DNA of 62,680 nucleotides, filler included, from Pirum gemmata (Eukaryota): NCBI GenBank assembly GCA_002812295.1. It is 22 parts of 22 records of this genome, joined end to end, with 100 filler letters (N's around TTAATTAATTAA, not from the genome) between each part and the next. Parts side by side here need not be neighbours in the genome. Positions count along the whole stretch, not along the records: positions 38,039 to 40,616 come from PDIN01005450.1; positions 40,717 to 43,306 come from PDIN01005451.1; positions 43,407 to 46,023 come from PDIN01005452.1; positions 46,124 to 48,710 come from PDIN01005453.1; positions 48,811 to 51,372 come from PDIN01005454.1; positions 51,473 to 54,065 come from PDIN01005455.1; 16 more parts are not named here. One strand, 5' to 3'. Shown piece by piece: positions 39,260 to 51,807 of this stretch (position 1 is its first letter; each line of letters starts with the position of its first letter). The notes under the pieces were generated by a model. It saw only the letters and a program-made list of their open reading frames with translations, ran no database searches and was not told where the DNA came from. The position numbers and the translations under genes were made by a program.

Positions 39260-40056
39260 GAGTGGTTAGGGTTAGGAGTGGTTAGGGTTAGGGTTAGGGT
39301 TAGGAGTGGTTAGGGTTAGGGTTAGGGTTAGGGTTAGGGTAAAATGGGGGTTCGGGTTAGTGTTAGGGTTAACGTGATACATTTATATAAAAAAAAGAAA
39401 AACCATTGCATAAAAATGTACAATTTATATAGAAAAATGAAGGAGATACGGGAAAACATAATCGAATCATTCAGCTCAATCCTAATTATTAAATAGTGAC
39501 AATTTTAAAATGATATTCTTTTTTTTTTTTTTNNNNNNNNNNNNNNNNNNNNNNNNNNNNNNNNNNNNAGTTTCAAGTTTTTTCTATGAAATTTCTAAGA
39601 ATTTTTTAATGAAATCAAAAGTGAGTCAATACTTAAAATTTGATCGAAAAATTTCAAAAGTTTCGAACTAATCTCGATTCGATGGTTTTTCCCGCAACTC
39701 CCCTGTTATCAGTGCTACTTTTTCGGAAACCAAATAAATAAATAATAATAATAATAATAATAATAAACCATCGTATTACATTGCATTAAATTAAATTTTT
39801 ATAAAAAGGTTCTTTTCATTTATTTTGTTTTGTCACTCTGAAAAAACAAAACTAAATTGAAAAATATATTATACAAGAGTATTTTACTGTATTAATAATA
39901 TTATTACAAATCTAAAATTTACTACTAATAATAATAATAAAGTTAAAAATATTGCAAAATTACTTAAGAGAACGAATTAAAAAAGAGCAATCAATCGCCA
40001 GCAAAATAATTGAAACGCAAGCAAAATAATGGAAACATTGAGTACAAGTAAATATT

Positions 40057-40530
40057 CTGGTTAATCACGAATGGAGTGTTTTCAAAGAAGTTGTCGTAGG
40101 CAGTCCTTACTTTTATATTCCATCCGAATTCCCAGAATATATGCGCCCTTGGTCGAGTGAGTTAGCAATCGAACGTTTCACATAAACTTGTCGGGGCACT
40201 CTAAAGGAACCTTTACCTGAAGTGTGGCAAAGCGAAGTTGAGTAAATGAAGGCTGCTATTGATTCCCTCGAAGCCAAAGGAATCAAAGTTTACCAAAGTT
40301 TGGAACCAACTTCTAAGGAATTGTCTTATTTAGGATATGATCAATTCCTTCGTCTTACCCAAGAGATTGGCAATAATTTCCAAATCCAGACCGTCGTAGC
40401 CCACGTTGGGCTATTCGTCGGACCCTTCAAGAACCCCTGGACAACAGCGATACTCACCTGATCCCAATGCCTGAACCACCACCGTTGGAAGGTGAAGGGA
40501 TTATTTGGAGTCTGGAGATGTTTTTTTCTT
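40057..40530 (+). pseudogene. Amidinotransferase (pentein-family) pseudogene, intronless
   Basis: VNHEWSVFKEVVVG...E*MKAAIDSLEAKGIKVY...IGN...MPEP...YLESGDVF matches the family pattern EW..L.EV.VG / L...GV.V / LEGGDV; two in-frame TAA plus frameshifts. Confidence 0.65.
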
Positions 40531-40574
40531 AGGCAAAAATATTCTACAGCTACTACTATTACTACTACTACCAT

Positions 40575-40616
<42 letters not shown>

Positions 40617-40892
40617 NNNNNNNNNNNNNNNNNNNNNNNNNNNNNNNNNNNNNNNNNNNNTTAATTAATTAANNNNNNNNNNNNNNNNNNNNNNNNNNNN
40701 NNNNNNNNNNNNNNNNTATTAATTGTAATTGTTCAATGTCATTAATTGTTATTGCTATTGTTATGTTATCAATATTTTAGTTATTTTGCCTAATATAATC
40801 GATATGTTTTTGGTTTTTTTAGTTTTTCAGTAAGTTAATTTTCAATAAAAAGTACAGGGCTTCTTTTTTTAAAAAAAGATTTCTTTATAATA

Positions 40893-41249
40893 ATGAAAGC
40901 GCCTTTATTAACCTGTAACCATTGCTTTAATTCGAAAGCAAAAATGGCTTCGATATTCCCCAGTGCACGTGGAGCAATAGCTAACAATCTATATAATTTA
41001 ATAACAAAAGTAAATACACGTGCTTATTCTGCCATTTCCTTTGCCAGTAGTAGGAGTAGCAATAGCAGTAGTCTTTGTAAAGGTCAGTTTGACTGGAACG
41101 AAAAACTAAAAATTAATATCAATAGAAAACTTCATTATCTTTGCAACAACACAAGACAAACTTACCATTCTCTTGGGTGTAGTAGTAGTTTTAGTATTAA
41201 AAAAAATGGCCAAAATCTACGTTCAAGCAGTTCCAGCAATAACAACACT

Positions 41250-41313
<64 letters not shown>

Positions 41314-43233
41314 GAAATAGCAGAAAACTCCATTCTGTAAGCAACACAAGAAAAAATTTACGTTCCTTTGATTTTCTCAATTTCCGTAGTCAATCGGTTT
41401 TTAATCAAAAGAGCATGGGCCAAGGAAGTAAACAAGGGGATGTTACCACGAGATTACTTCGAGATCCTTACTTTTGTGATCTTCACACTTTATTTGTAAT
41501 AAAGAATCTCAATAATAATAAGATGCGAAAAAAAGGGGGAAGGGACAGAAAATCATCAAATTTCGAGAACGATTATTATTATAGAATACACCACAGTAAC
41601 CACGGAGCTAGTTTTAACAGTAGAAATTTTATAGAAACATCTTATCGCAATAATCACAGTTATAGTAATGGTATATATAATATGCACTTAGTCAAATCCT
41701 TCCAATTTTTGAAACAAAAAATAGCTGCGTTACAAACTGTCAATACGTCTGATTTGTTTACCGAATCGAAAATCAAACTTTTGACAAAACGATGGCTGTC
41801 AGAATATTTTGCTCAAACCCAAAACTCGTACCAGGTGTATAAAAAAAATGCGTACTTTATCGAAACAAGGTCAATACAATCCTCTTCCACAACAAAAATA
41901 ATAACCGACCCCAGACCCAAAGCAACAACTCAATTCCTAAGCACCAAGCCTCGAATTATGAAAGTGAAAAAGACTTCAACACCCAAAATTGTGCACATTT
42001 CACTTCGACGAAAACTAGCGAAAATGAATACCCTGAAAATTAAAAAACATAATAATTTGGACCAATTGAAAAAATTGCGTGAAACCAAAAATTCTAGTAC
42101 AGGAAACACTGAGTCAGTAAGTTCATTAACTCCAAAATCTACAACCATATCGACTACAAAATTAACTCCAACTTCGACCATAACAATTGCAAAGAATACG
42201 AAGCACAAAGACACAAACACGCAAATACCAACTCGCATTAGTACGCCAATGAGTACATTATCACCCTCTTACCCAATTGAAAATTTAACTGAGTCTAATT
42301 TGACAACTGCAGTAACAGCAGTAACGCCAACAGAAGCAGCAATAGAACAAATAACTGCAGCAACAACAACAGAACCGATATCAACAGCAACATTAATAGA
42401 ACCAAAAATAACAACAACAATAACAGAACCAACAACAATCTCCCCAATCGAAAATTCAACTGAATCAAATTTGACAACTGCAGTAACACCAGTAACACCA
42501 GCAGGAGCAGCTGCTGCATTAGAAGCAATAGCAATAGAAAAAATAACTACAGCAACAACGACAGAACCAATAGTAACAGCAACATTAATAGAACCAAAAA
42601 TAGCAACAACAATAATAAAACCAACAACAATAGCAATGGAACAAATAACTACAGTAGCAAAACCAATAACATCCATAGTAGAGCCAATAGCGTCTACAAT
42701 AAAACCAATATTAACCACAGCAAAACTAGCAGCATCCACAACAACAGAACCGATAACAACAACAGCAGCAGACTTGATAACAGCAACAACAGCAGATCCT
42801 GTAACAACAACAACAACAACAGAACCAACAACAACAATAGAACCGATAACAACAACCACAAATACAGCAATGGGACCAATAACAACTAAAAGTAGGTCCA
42901 CAGCACCAGAAACATCAATCCCTAAAATAACACCCACGTATGCAACAACGTCATCAACCGAATCTCTTAGCCTAACTCGAATAGCAGTCACTGCAAAATC
43001 AGCATCTAGGTCGTCAAAACAACACAATCCGTTTCAAAATGAATATACTGAAGTAAAATCCAAAGTTTTATATTTTCGCCAGTGTATTGATGATTTAAAC
43101 CTCCCACAACCTAACAAAGTATTGGTTAAAATCGCTTTTAGTAAAAAGGAGTCAATTTTTTTTCTGAAGGCAATGGGAAAGTTGGTAAACTTGAAATTTT
43201 TTTTGAAGAACACAGTCAATCAAGATTTAACTG
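40893..43233 (+). CDS. Large exon of an unknown protein: Asn-run N-terminus, Thr/Pro-rich repeats, start of a globular region
   Basis: ~780 open codons in very AT-rich DNA; duplicated PIENxTESNLTTAVTxVTP..IExITxATTTEPIxTATLIEPKI; likely GT donor at 43234. Confidence 0.65.
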
Positions 43234-43268
43234 GTAACACCCCTGCCCCCATTATAGTTTATTATTAC

Positions 43269-43302
<34 letters not shown>

Positions 43303-43458
43303 GTTGNNNNNNNNNNNNNNNNNNNNNNNNNNNNNNNNNNNNNNNNNNNNTTAATTAATTAANNNNNNNNNNNNNNNNNNNNNNNNNNNNNNNNNNNNNN
43401 NNNNNNTTATTAATTAACAATATTATCATTATTATTATTATAATTATTATTATTATAG

Positions 43459-46023
43459 TGGTCCAGTTGCCGAAAGAGTAAACAAACGCCTAGAAAAATT
43501 TGGTGTAACGAAAAGATATACACCGGAGGAAATCGCAGATATATTAAGAGAATCGTCTACATCGGCTCAAGCTTACCCAGACGAAGACAAAATGGTTTTT
43601 GATGGCTTTTCTGAAACCGAAAAAAATGCAATCGATAGTCAGTTACAAAAGAGGTTATCATATTCAAAGCAAGGTTTTATTGAAGGATCTACACCAGAAA
43701 CCTGGTTAAAACAAATTATTCAAAGCAATGATTACACACTTCAAGCACAACTCGATGAAGTATTAGGTGTGAATAGAAATCAGGCTGGTAGAAGTTTAGA
43801 AGGGATCCAGGAACCTGGTGTGTTGTATGATACTTCTGGTCGCGTTTATGAACCAGATGGTAGAGATTGGACAAAAGATATGATTAATCCCAAGCGATTT
43901 ACCGAGGCAGAAATGCAGTTGAAAAGGTATATATATAATATGTTTATAATATTATATGTATATATAGACACCTTTTCAGCTAAAAATTCAGTCCAGACTG
44001 AATATGGCCTTATTTTCTCTTGCTGAAAAGGTGTGTATATATAAATAACAATAATTAATATTTTATTTTATTTAATAATAAGAATTAAATATATATAATA
44101 TTTAATATTATAGTACATTACATTATTATTAATTATAATATTAATATTAACTTAAATTAATTCCTATTATTTTGCGTCATAAAGTGAATTTGTGACTGCT
44201 AGAATCAATAGTCAATTACATCACTTTGGTTACCCAGGACGAGTGACAGAAGCAGAAGTATTAACAATATTGAAGGACAGTTCACCAGCTCAACAACGTT
44301 TTCTTGACGAAACAACATTACTATTATCAAAAATTACTCAACAGGAAAAAGCACAATATTTTAGTAAACTTCACACAGCTTTGGAAGAAAGAGGTGCAAG
44401 TACAAAACTGGCGGATTGGGAATGGAATTGGATTATAAGGGAGAAACTTGACACACCTGAAAAATTTGTTCAAAATTATTTTATTAGGCACCCTATCAAA
44501 ATGTCGCCACAGGCTAAATCTGTAGCTGAAATTGAAAAACGAGTGAATAGATTATTAGAAAATTTGAATGGAGAAAGCTCCAAAGTTACCACTGGTGATG
44601 CTTTGAAATTGGTCAAGGAAAACAAGGTAATGAATTATAAATTCAAAGCTATTTGCAAAATACAATATATTCAACGTATATATATATATCTTTTTGCGGG
44701 ATAAACAGATAATTGTACGAAAACTGGTACTTTTTGGGTTTTCGCACAATTATTTGTTTATCCCACAAAAATTGTCTATATATATTATATTACATATTGC
44801 ATATATTATAAATTATATTACATTTATGAAAAATACAATATAGACGTACATAATATATATATAGACGTTATTTGGATTATTTACATTCTTAAAATCCTAT
44901 TTAAGAATGTAAATAATCCAATTAACGTCTATATATATAGACACTTTTTACGGGATAAACAGATAATTGTGCGAAAACTGGTAGTTTTTGGGTTTTCGCA
45001 CAATTATCTATTTATCCCGCAAAAAGACATTTAGTAAATTACATAATTAATAAAAAGAAAAACTATATTACATTTATGCGAATTTTAACAGGTACCACAG
45101 TCAGAAATTATAAAAGAATTATTTATCAAAAATGCTGGTGCTACTAGAGAAACCATGCTGTTAGAGATCAACAAAGAAGTTAATCCACATCTATTAATGA
45201 GTGATTTAGACCATTACATTGCAGACAAAGGTTTTACTGACACTCAAGCTATTAAAATAGATGCACAAAGACCAAAGAATATATTCAAAAGAGCTTTTCG
45301 AAAAATGGTTAAAAGTTCAGTATGTGGTAGTAGAAGGAGAAAAGCCTCATCAGCTTGTGCCGTTGGTTTTGATTGGAATAAAGAGACTAATCTCGATGAA
45401 GCTGAGCTTCAAGAAAAATTAGGACTTTCAGAAGTGAAAGCTAATACGAAATTTAATCCCTCTTCTGCATTTGAAGGAGAAGGCTACTTATTCCCAAAAC
45501 ACAAAATGACACCAGAACAATACGACGTTTTCTACGAAAACTTTAAACGGGAGTTTCCTGATTCCACGTTAAAAAAGTTAACGCCGGAAATATCAGCGTC
45601 ATTATCCTCCAAATTATCACCACAAGAAGCAAAATTATTAGAATTTTTAGCTGAGCAAAGTCCTGAGGCAAAAGCCGCAATTGAAGCTACTGCCAACGCA
45701 GGCAAAGAGGCCACTTACGTATTAAGAGATGGTAAAGTTGTAGTACAAGTTGCTAAGACTGCAGCTGGTGTCGCAGTAGTTGGGGTCGGGTACATTATTG
45801 CAGGTTATGTAGCTTGGGATGCATGTACAAAAAAACCGACTGAGGAACACCAAAAAGCATGTACTGAAGCTTTAACTGAAATCTTTTTCATGACTATGGC
45901 TGACATTGGTTGTATTGCTGCTGGTCCAGCTTACGCGGTTTGTGCAGCGGTGGGGAATCTTCTTGTTCACCCGTTTACCGAAGGTTTCTTTGAAGCAGGT
46001 GATCAGTATGGGAAAGCATATAA
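43459..46023 (+). CDS. Orphan protein, three exons (43459-43926, 44185-44626, 45092->46023), with helical repeats, a Cys-polybasic-Cys loop and hydrophobic helices; both ends missing
   Basis: GT-AG junctions in consistent phases (2, 0) join the three ORF-track pieces into one frame; function unassigned (see findings). Confidence 0.85.
43961..44041. mobile_element. Intronic hairpin element in a (TA)n context
   Basis: tatatagacaccttttcagc / gctgaaaaggtgtgtatata; related half at ~39165. Confidence 0.65.
44691..45026. repeat. Three stacked fold-back hairpins in one intron
   Basis: Stems at 44691-44771, 44854-44939 and 44944-45026; the first and third are copies of each other. Confidence 0.85.
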
Positions 46024-46174
46024 NNNNNNNNNNNNNNNNNNNNNNNNNNNNNNNNNNNNNNNNNNNNTTAATTAATTAANNNNNNNNNNNNNNNNNNNNN
46101 NNNNNNNNNNNNNNNNNNNNNNNATAACAAAATAATAATAATAAATATACTAAATAATAACAAAATAATAACAA

Positions 46175-46205
<31 letters not shown>

Positions 46206-46231
46206 GTAATAATAATAATAATAATAAGTAG

Positions 46232-46692
46232 GAGTGAATACGGGGAACGTTGGGATTTTATTATATTACAAGCTACAGAGCAAATAAAACAATTAGCAAA
46301 AAAGACTTTAAGAGAAAGAGCAGTGGCAGAGAGTCAAGAGACCGCCTTTTGGTGGAACCAATATCCTCCTAGAAAGCCAAAAGCAAAAATGGACAAAAAA
46401 GTACAAGAAATAAACAACAGTTTAATCGACGTCAAAATTTTAAATGCACAAATATGGTGTCGCTCTCTTCATGATTTATTGGTAATACATTCATTTTATT
46501 TGTAACCAACCAACCAACCAACAAACCAACCAACAAACAAACAAACAAACAAACAACAAACAACAACAATACAATTTAAAACTAAACCATTTCTATGTAT
46601 ATATTATATAAAATAGTTATATGGTGGAATCCCGATGTTCATGGAATTTTTACAAAAAGAATACAGCACGGAAAACTTAGAATTTTGGATAG
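46232..46692 (+). CDS. R7-family-like RGS protein, two internal exons (46232-46481, 46617-46692)
   Basis: WDFIILQATEQIKQLAKKTLRERAVAESQETAFW resembles the RGS6/7 DHEX; next W.RSLHDLL / FMEFLQKEYSTENLEFW is the RGS box start; phase-0 junction consistent. Confidence 0.85.
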
Positions 46693-46767
46693 GTAATTAT
46701 TATAATATTAACATCATCATCATTATCATCATTATCATTTTTAGTATTATCATCATTATCATTATTA

Positions 46768-46824
<57 letters not shown>

Positions 46825-47459
46825 ATACAATCATTATCATTATCCTTATGAGTATCAATATCAATATCATTATCATTATTTTGTCTACCATTTTTGACTA
46901 GTCTAGCTAGAGACAGTTTATTCGTTGGAGAACAAACCAAATTTATTATTTGGTTTTATTTCTTCTATAACTTTGTATGATACAGTTAAGATACCACAAA
47001 TCGAGACTAGTTCGAAACTTTCGAAATTTTTCGATCTAATTTTAAGTATTGACTCGTTTTTGATTTCATTAAATATTTTTTAAAAATCTTAGAAATTCAT
47101 AGAAAAAACTTGAAACTCGAAAAAAAAAAGAATATCGAGCTGTTTGATTCGATTATGTTTTCCCGTGTCTCCCTTCGTATTTTTACTTTAGTAAAAAATA
47201 AGTTTCGTCTGCTTTTTTGTGTTTTGTTTTTTCCTTTGTGTTTTGTTTTTTTCTTTCTTTTCTAGTCTATTTATAAACGTATGAAAAACAAAAGAAAAAG
47301 AAGGAGTCAAAAAATTATTTATTATTATTGTCTCCGGCATCGCCTGCATCTTTCCCTGCATCCTCTCCCTGCTATCAGTGACACTCTTCGTCCTATTTTT
47401 TGGAGAAAGGCTGTTCTACGAGCGTCCCAATTTTTTTCATGACAGGGCATTAATTTTAA

Positions 47460-47800
47460 AGTCATCTGTTTTGAGTTTATTTTACTTATTTTACTTATTT
47501 TACTTCTGCTTTAAACAATTTAAGTCAACTACATTTATGATTACATGTTTTGGACACGTTTTTGGGAAGTCAAGAATTAGCAGCCCAAAACAATTATAGT
47601 CATCTGGTTTGAGTTTATTTTACTTATTTTACGAATACTACTTATGCCTTAAACAATTTAAGTCAACTACATTTATGATTACATGTTTTGGACACGTTTT
47701 TGGAAGGTCAAGAATTAGCAGCCCAAAACAATTATAGTCATCTGGTTTGAGCTTATTTTACTTATTTTACATATACTACTTATGCCTTAAATAATTTAAG
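47460..47800 (+). repeat. 138-bp tandem repeat, ~2.5 copies
   Basis: Units start at 47460, 47598 and 47736 (agtcatctg...). Confidence 0.9.
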
Positions 47801-48054
47801 ACATTCTTTTGGACGACAACTTCTAAATAAAGAAAGTGACGTCATTAAACCTTACATTTAAAATTAAAAATTAAAATTTAGAATTTAAAATTTAAATTAA
47901 TTCGTAAATTTAGAATATTCAGGATGTTTGAGAAAACGATTTCGGTTTGGTAGATATTGTCGGGCCATCATATGGTGTACTCTTTTTGGTCTTAATTTTC
48001 GTATATTTTCTATTAAATAATAATAATAATAGTCAATAATAATAACAATAATAC

Positions 48055-48091
<37 letters not shown>

Positions 48092-48451
48092 CATAATAAT
48101 CATAATAGTCATAATAATAATAATAATATATCAAGAAATTTATATTGATTTAAAATTTAACTAATTATAATAAATGTTTCTATATATTAATCAAAATATT
48201 TAATAAAAAAATATATATAATTTGCTTAGTTTCACTTATTTATTTATAAATGTAACAATATCAATAAAATTTTTGGAAATTAGCAAAACAATTAACATTT
48301 ATATATTGTTTTGTGGTTGTGGTTGTGGTTGTGGTTGTGGTTGTGGTTGTGGTTGTGGGTTGTGGTTGTGGTTGTGGTTGTGGGTTGTGGTTGTGGTTGT
48401 GGGTTGTGGTTGTGGTTGTGGTTGTGGTTGTGGTTGTGGTTATGTGTGTAG

Positions 48452-48555
48452 GTGCCTTTTGTGATTTAATGTGGTCTGATCCGGAAGAAATAGATTCTTG
48501 GGCTGTGAGCCCACGGGGTGCGGGCTGGCTTTTTGGAAGTATAGTTACTAAGGAG
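48452..48555 (+). CDS. PPP6C: Internal exon of protein phosphatase 6 catalytic subunit (PP6/SIT4)
   Basis: [42 protein letters not shown] and AFCDL are PP6/SIT4-type; AG/GT bounded. Confidence 0.88.
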
Positions 48556-48621
48556 GTAAATCTGTTATATATATTATTATAGTATAAATTATTATTATTA
48601 CTATTTTTATTTTTATTATGA

Positions 48622-48653
<32 letters not shown>

Positions 48654-49972
48654 GTAAATTTATTATTATCATTATCCATTATCATTATCATTATCATTAT
48701 CATTATCATTNNNNNNNNNNNNNNNNNNNNNNNNNNNNNNNNNNNNNNNNNNNNTTAATTAATTAANNNNNNNNNNNNNNNNNNNNNNNNNNNNNNNNNN
48801 NNNNNNNNNNTAATACTATATAAGTCCATTTTATTTAATCTGGTATAGTTTATAATCTAATTATTAATTTAAAAATATCAAAATTAAATATTATGACCAA
48901 CCAAATAAATATTCAGAGTGAAAAATAAATGAAAAGCACAATAGACACGTCTACTACTAGCTAGCTAGCTAGACCCCGGGGTCTACTTACTATCATGGAC
49001 CTATGATACTACTAGAGCTATATTGATAGTAGACCTATGATACTATCGTGCTTTTCAGTTATTTTGTCGTCATAAGAAATACAATAAATAGTACCAAATT
49101 AATACAATATAAATCCATTTAATTTAATTTGGTATATTTTATTATACATGTATTGATTTAAAAATGTCAATTTAAAGATTATAACCCTCCAAATAAACAC
49201 TCAGGGTGACAAAATAAATGAAAGGCACGATAGTAGTCTAATAATAGTAGACCAGTTTTTTTTAAAAAAATAATTATATTATTGAAATATGCTCTTTTTA
49301 AAAATCGAGATTTCGAGTCTATATGTTTTTTAAGTAATATATTAAAGTTCGAAATATTTAAAAGCTTACAATTAAGTATTCAAATATATTTTTTATTAAT
49401 AAACCCGAAAAATACGAAAAAAAAAAAGTTTTTTTCGAACGAAACTGCTTTTTTTTTGTTTGACAGAACAGAAATTCTAGTTTTCGTGTTTGAACTTTGA
49501 AGTGTGTTTGAAGCTGTGTTTGAGCAGAATTGGGAATTTGGGAGATGAGAGAACTCAGAGAAGTGAGACTATAGTCTACTTCAAACTCTTCAAAGTTCAA
49601 AGTTCAAAGTTCAAAGCAGCTGCTTCACACACCGATCACAGCTACCAATAGTTGCCGTCACTAAATCGGGCGGTAGTGCCAACTGGCCCCCTGAAACCAC
49701 CCTAAGCAATAAACCTCAATAAACAATAATTACAGCACTGGATTGGTTGATCGTGGCTTGAGGTTTCATGCATCAGCCAATTAAATGGTAACTATTTTGG
49801 CCATGCCTAATAATTTTTCTACAGATAATTTTTTAGCCTTTAATTAATACGTCACGTCAAGGGGCAGGTAGGTAGGTGGTATTTGACCAGAAATTAACGT
49901 CGAGGGGTAGGTAGGTAAGGGGTATTTGAAGCTGTGTTTGACCGGAAATTGGTGTTATGTAGCTCCCTTATA

Positions 49973-50200
49973 GTAGGGGTGATATCTACTGCAACTTTTT
50001 TCGAACAGATGCTTATCGAGCCAGCCTTAGTTCCGTGTTCTTACTAATAATAGCAGTTAAATAGCTTAAAATAGTAAATTTAATTTGGTAGATATTAATT
50101 AAAGTAATAATATTAACATTAATAGTAATGAAAACCATAAAAATCGGAAAAGTTCTGGCAGTTGTTCGGTAATAATAAAATGACGTCATCTCACCCCTAC
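49973..50200. mobile_element. MITE, family D (~230 bp)
   Basis: TIR gtaggggtga / tcacccctac; starts 5 bp after a family C copy; highly similar to 54370-54600 and 54953-55180. Confidence 0.85.
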
Positions 50201-51727
50201 TTCCCTTTCCTAATTTTTATCATACTTTTTTTTTTTTAAAAAATAATAATTTGTTAGGGATAAAAGGGTCTAATAGAACCCTCAAATTGGCACCGAATTC
50301 TATGATAAAGAAAAAATCTTTTTTGACCTTTTTTACTTTTTTGCTCAGACCTTTTTTGATACGCAGAACTGCCTGAATCTGAAAATTGAACTTTGTTGTT
50401 TCGTTACTTTCATTTTGTTTGTTCGTTTGTTTTTAAATTTGTTTATTTGTTTGTTTGTTACTTGTTCATTGTTTTGTTTGTTTGTTGTTTGTTGTTTGTC
50501 GTTTGTTGTTTGGTATTTGTTGTTTGTCGTTTGTTGTTTGGTATTTGTTGTTTGTTTGTTGTTTGTTGTTTGTTGTTTGTTGTTTGTTGTTTGTTGTTTG
50601 TTGTTTGTTGTTTGTTGTTTGTTGTTTGTTGTTTGTTGTTTGTTGTTTNNNNNNNNNNNNNNNNNTTGTTTGTTGTTTGTTGTTTGTTGTTTGTTGTTTG
50701 TTGTTTGTTGTTTGTTGTTTGTTGTTTGTTGTTTGTTGTTTGTTAATTTGTTGTTAATTTGTTGTTTTCATTTGTTGTTTGTTGTTTGTTATTGGCTTGT
50801 TTGCTTGTTTGTTGTTTAAATTTTTTTTGTTGGTTGTTTGTTTGTTTGTTTGTTTGTTTGTTTGTTTGTTTGTTTGTTGTTTGTTGTTTGTTGTTTGCTT
50901 GTTTGCTTGTTGTTTGCTTGTTTGCTTGTTTGTTTGTTTTTATTAATCAATTAATTTGTTTTAAATTTATCTTAGCATGAGAATTTTAAAACTATCACAT
51001 AACACTAGCCTACTACTAGTCTATCGTTCTTTTCAATAGTTTTGTCCAGTTAGTTCAAAGACTGAAATAAAATGTATCAAATTATCATTATAGCAAAACT
51101 ACCAGACATGTTTTATTTAAAATTTGGTAGTTTATAATTAATTTGTATTTTATAAAAAAGGTCAATTATATACTAAAACAGTACCGAATTAAAGATTTTA
51201 AGTGGAGAACTATAATGAAATAGGTAGATTTATTAAATGTATAATAAATGCATAATAAATGTATAATATAATAATGAAATATAGACTAATTATAAAACTA
51301 TAGTGTTTTTATATATATAATAAATAGTACCAAATTACTACAATCTAAATCCATTTAATTTAATTTGGTATANNNNNNNNNNNNNNNNNNNNNNNNNNNN
51401 NNNNNNNNNNNNNNNNTTAATTAATTAANNNNNNNNNNNNNNNNNNNNNNNNNNNNNNNNNNNNNNNNNNNNGTGTGTGTGTGTGTGTGTGTGTTACAAA
51501 ATAGAATACATTGAATAATGGCTCTGGTGACCAGGAATTTTCACAATACTTGTAATAATAATAATACAACACACATAACACACATAACACACCCACTCAA
51601 CACACATAGCACACACACACAACACACACAACACACACACATAGCACACACAAGACACACATATAGCACACACAACACACAACATAACACACAGTACACA
51701 CAATACATATAACATGGGCACACACAC

Positions 51728-51770
<43 letters not shown>

Positions 51771-51776
51771 CACACA

Positions 51777-51807
<31 letters not shown>

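Noticed and set aside
40180..40250. TAA reassigned to Gln
   Set aside because: Intact genes here end in TAA (10380, 11283, 28851) and the same fragment also has frameshifts, so pseudogenisation fits better
42269..43027. 252-aa hydrophobic minus-strand ORF (also antisense ORFs over 8746-10380 and 60714-62597)
   Set aside because: Antisense shadows of real coding frames
47460..47800. CRISPR array or regulatory repeat
   Set aside because: Plain 138-bp head-to-tail tandem with no unique spacers
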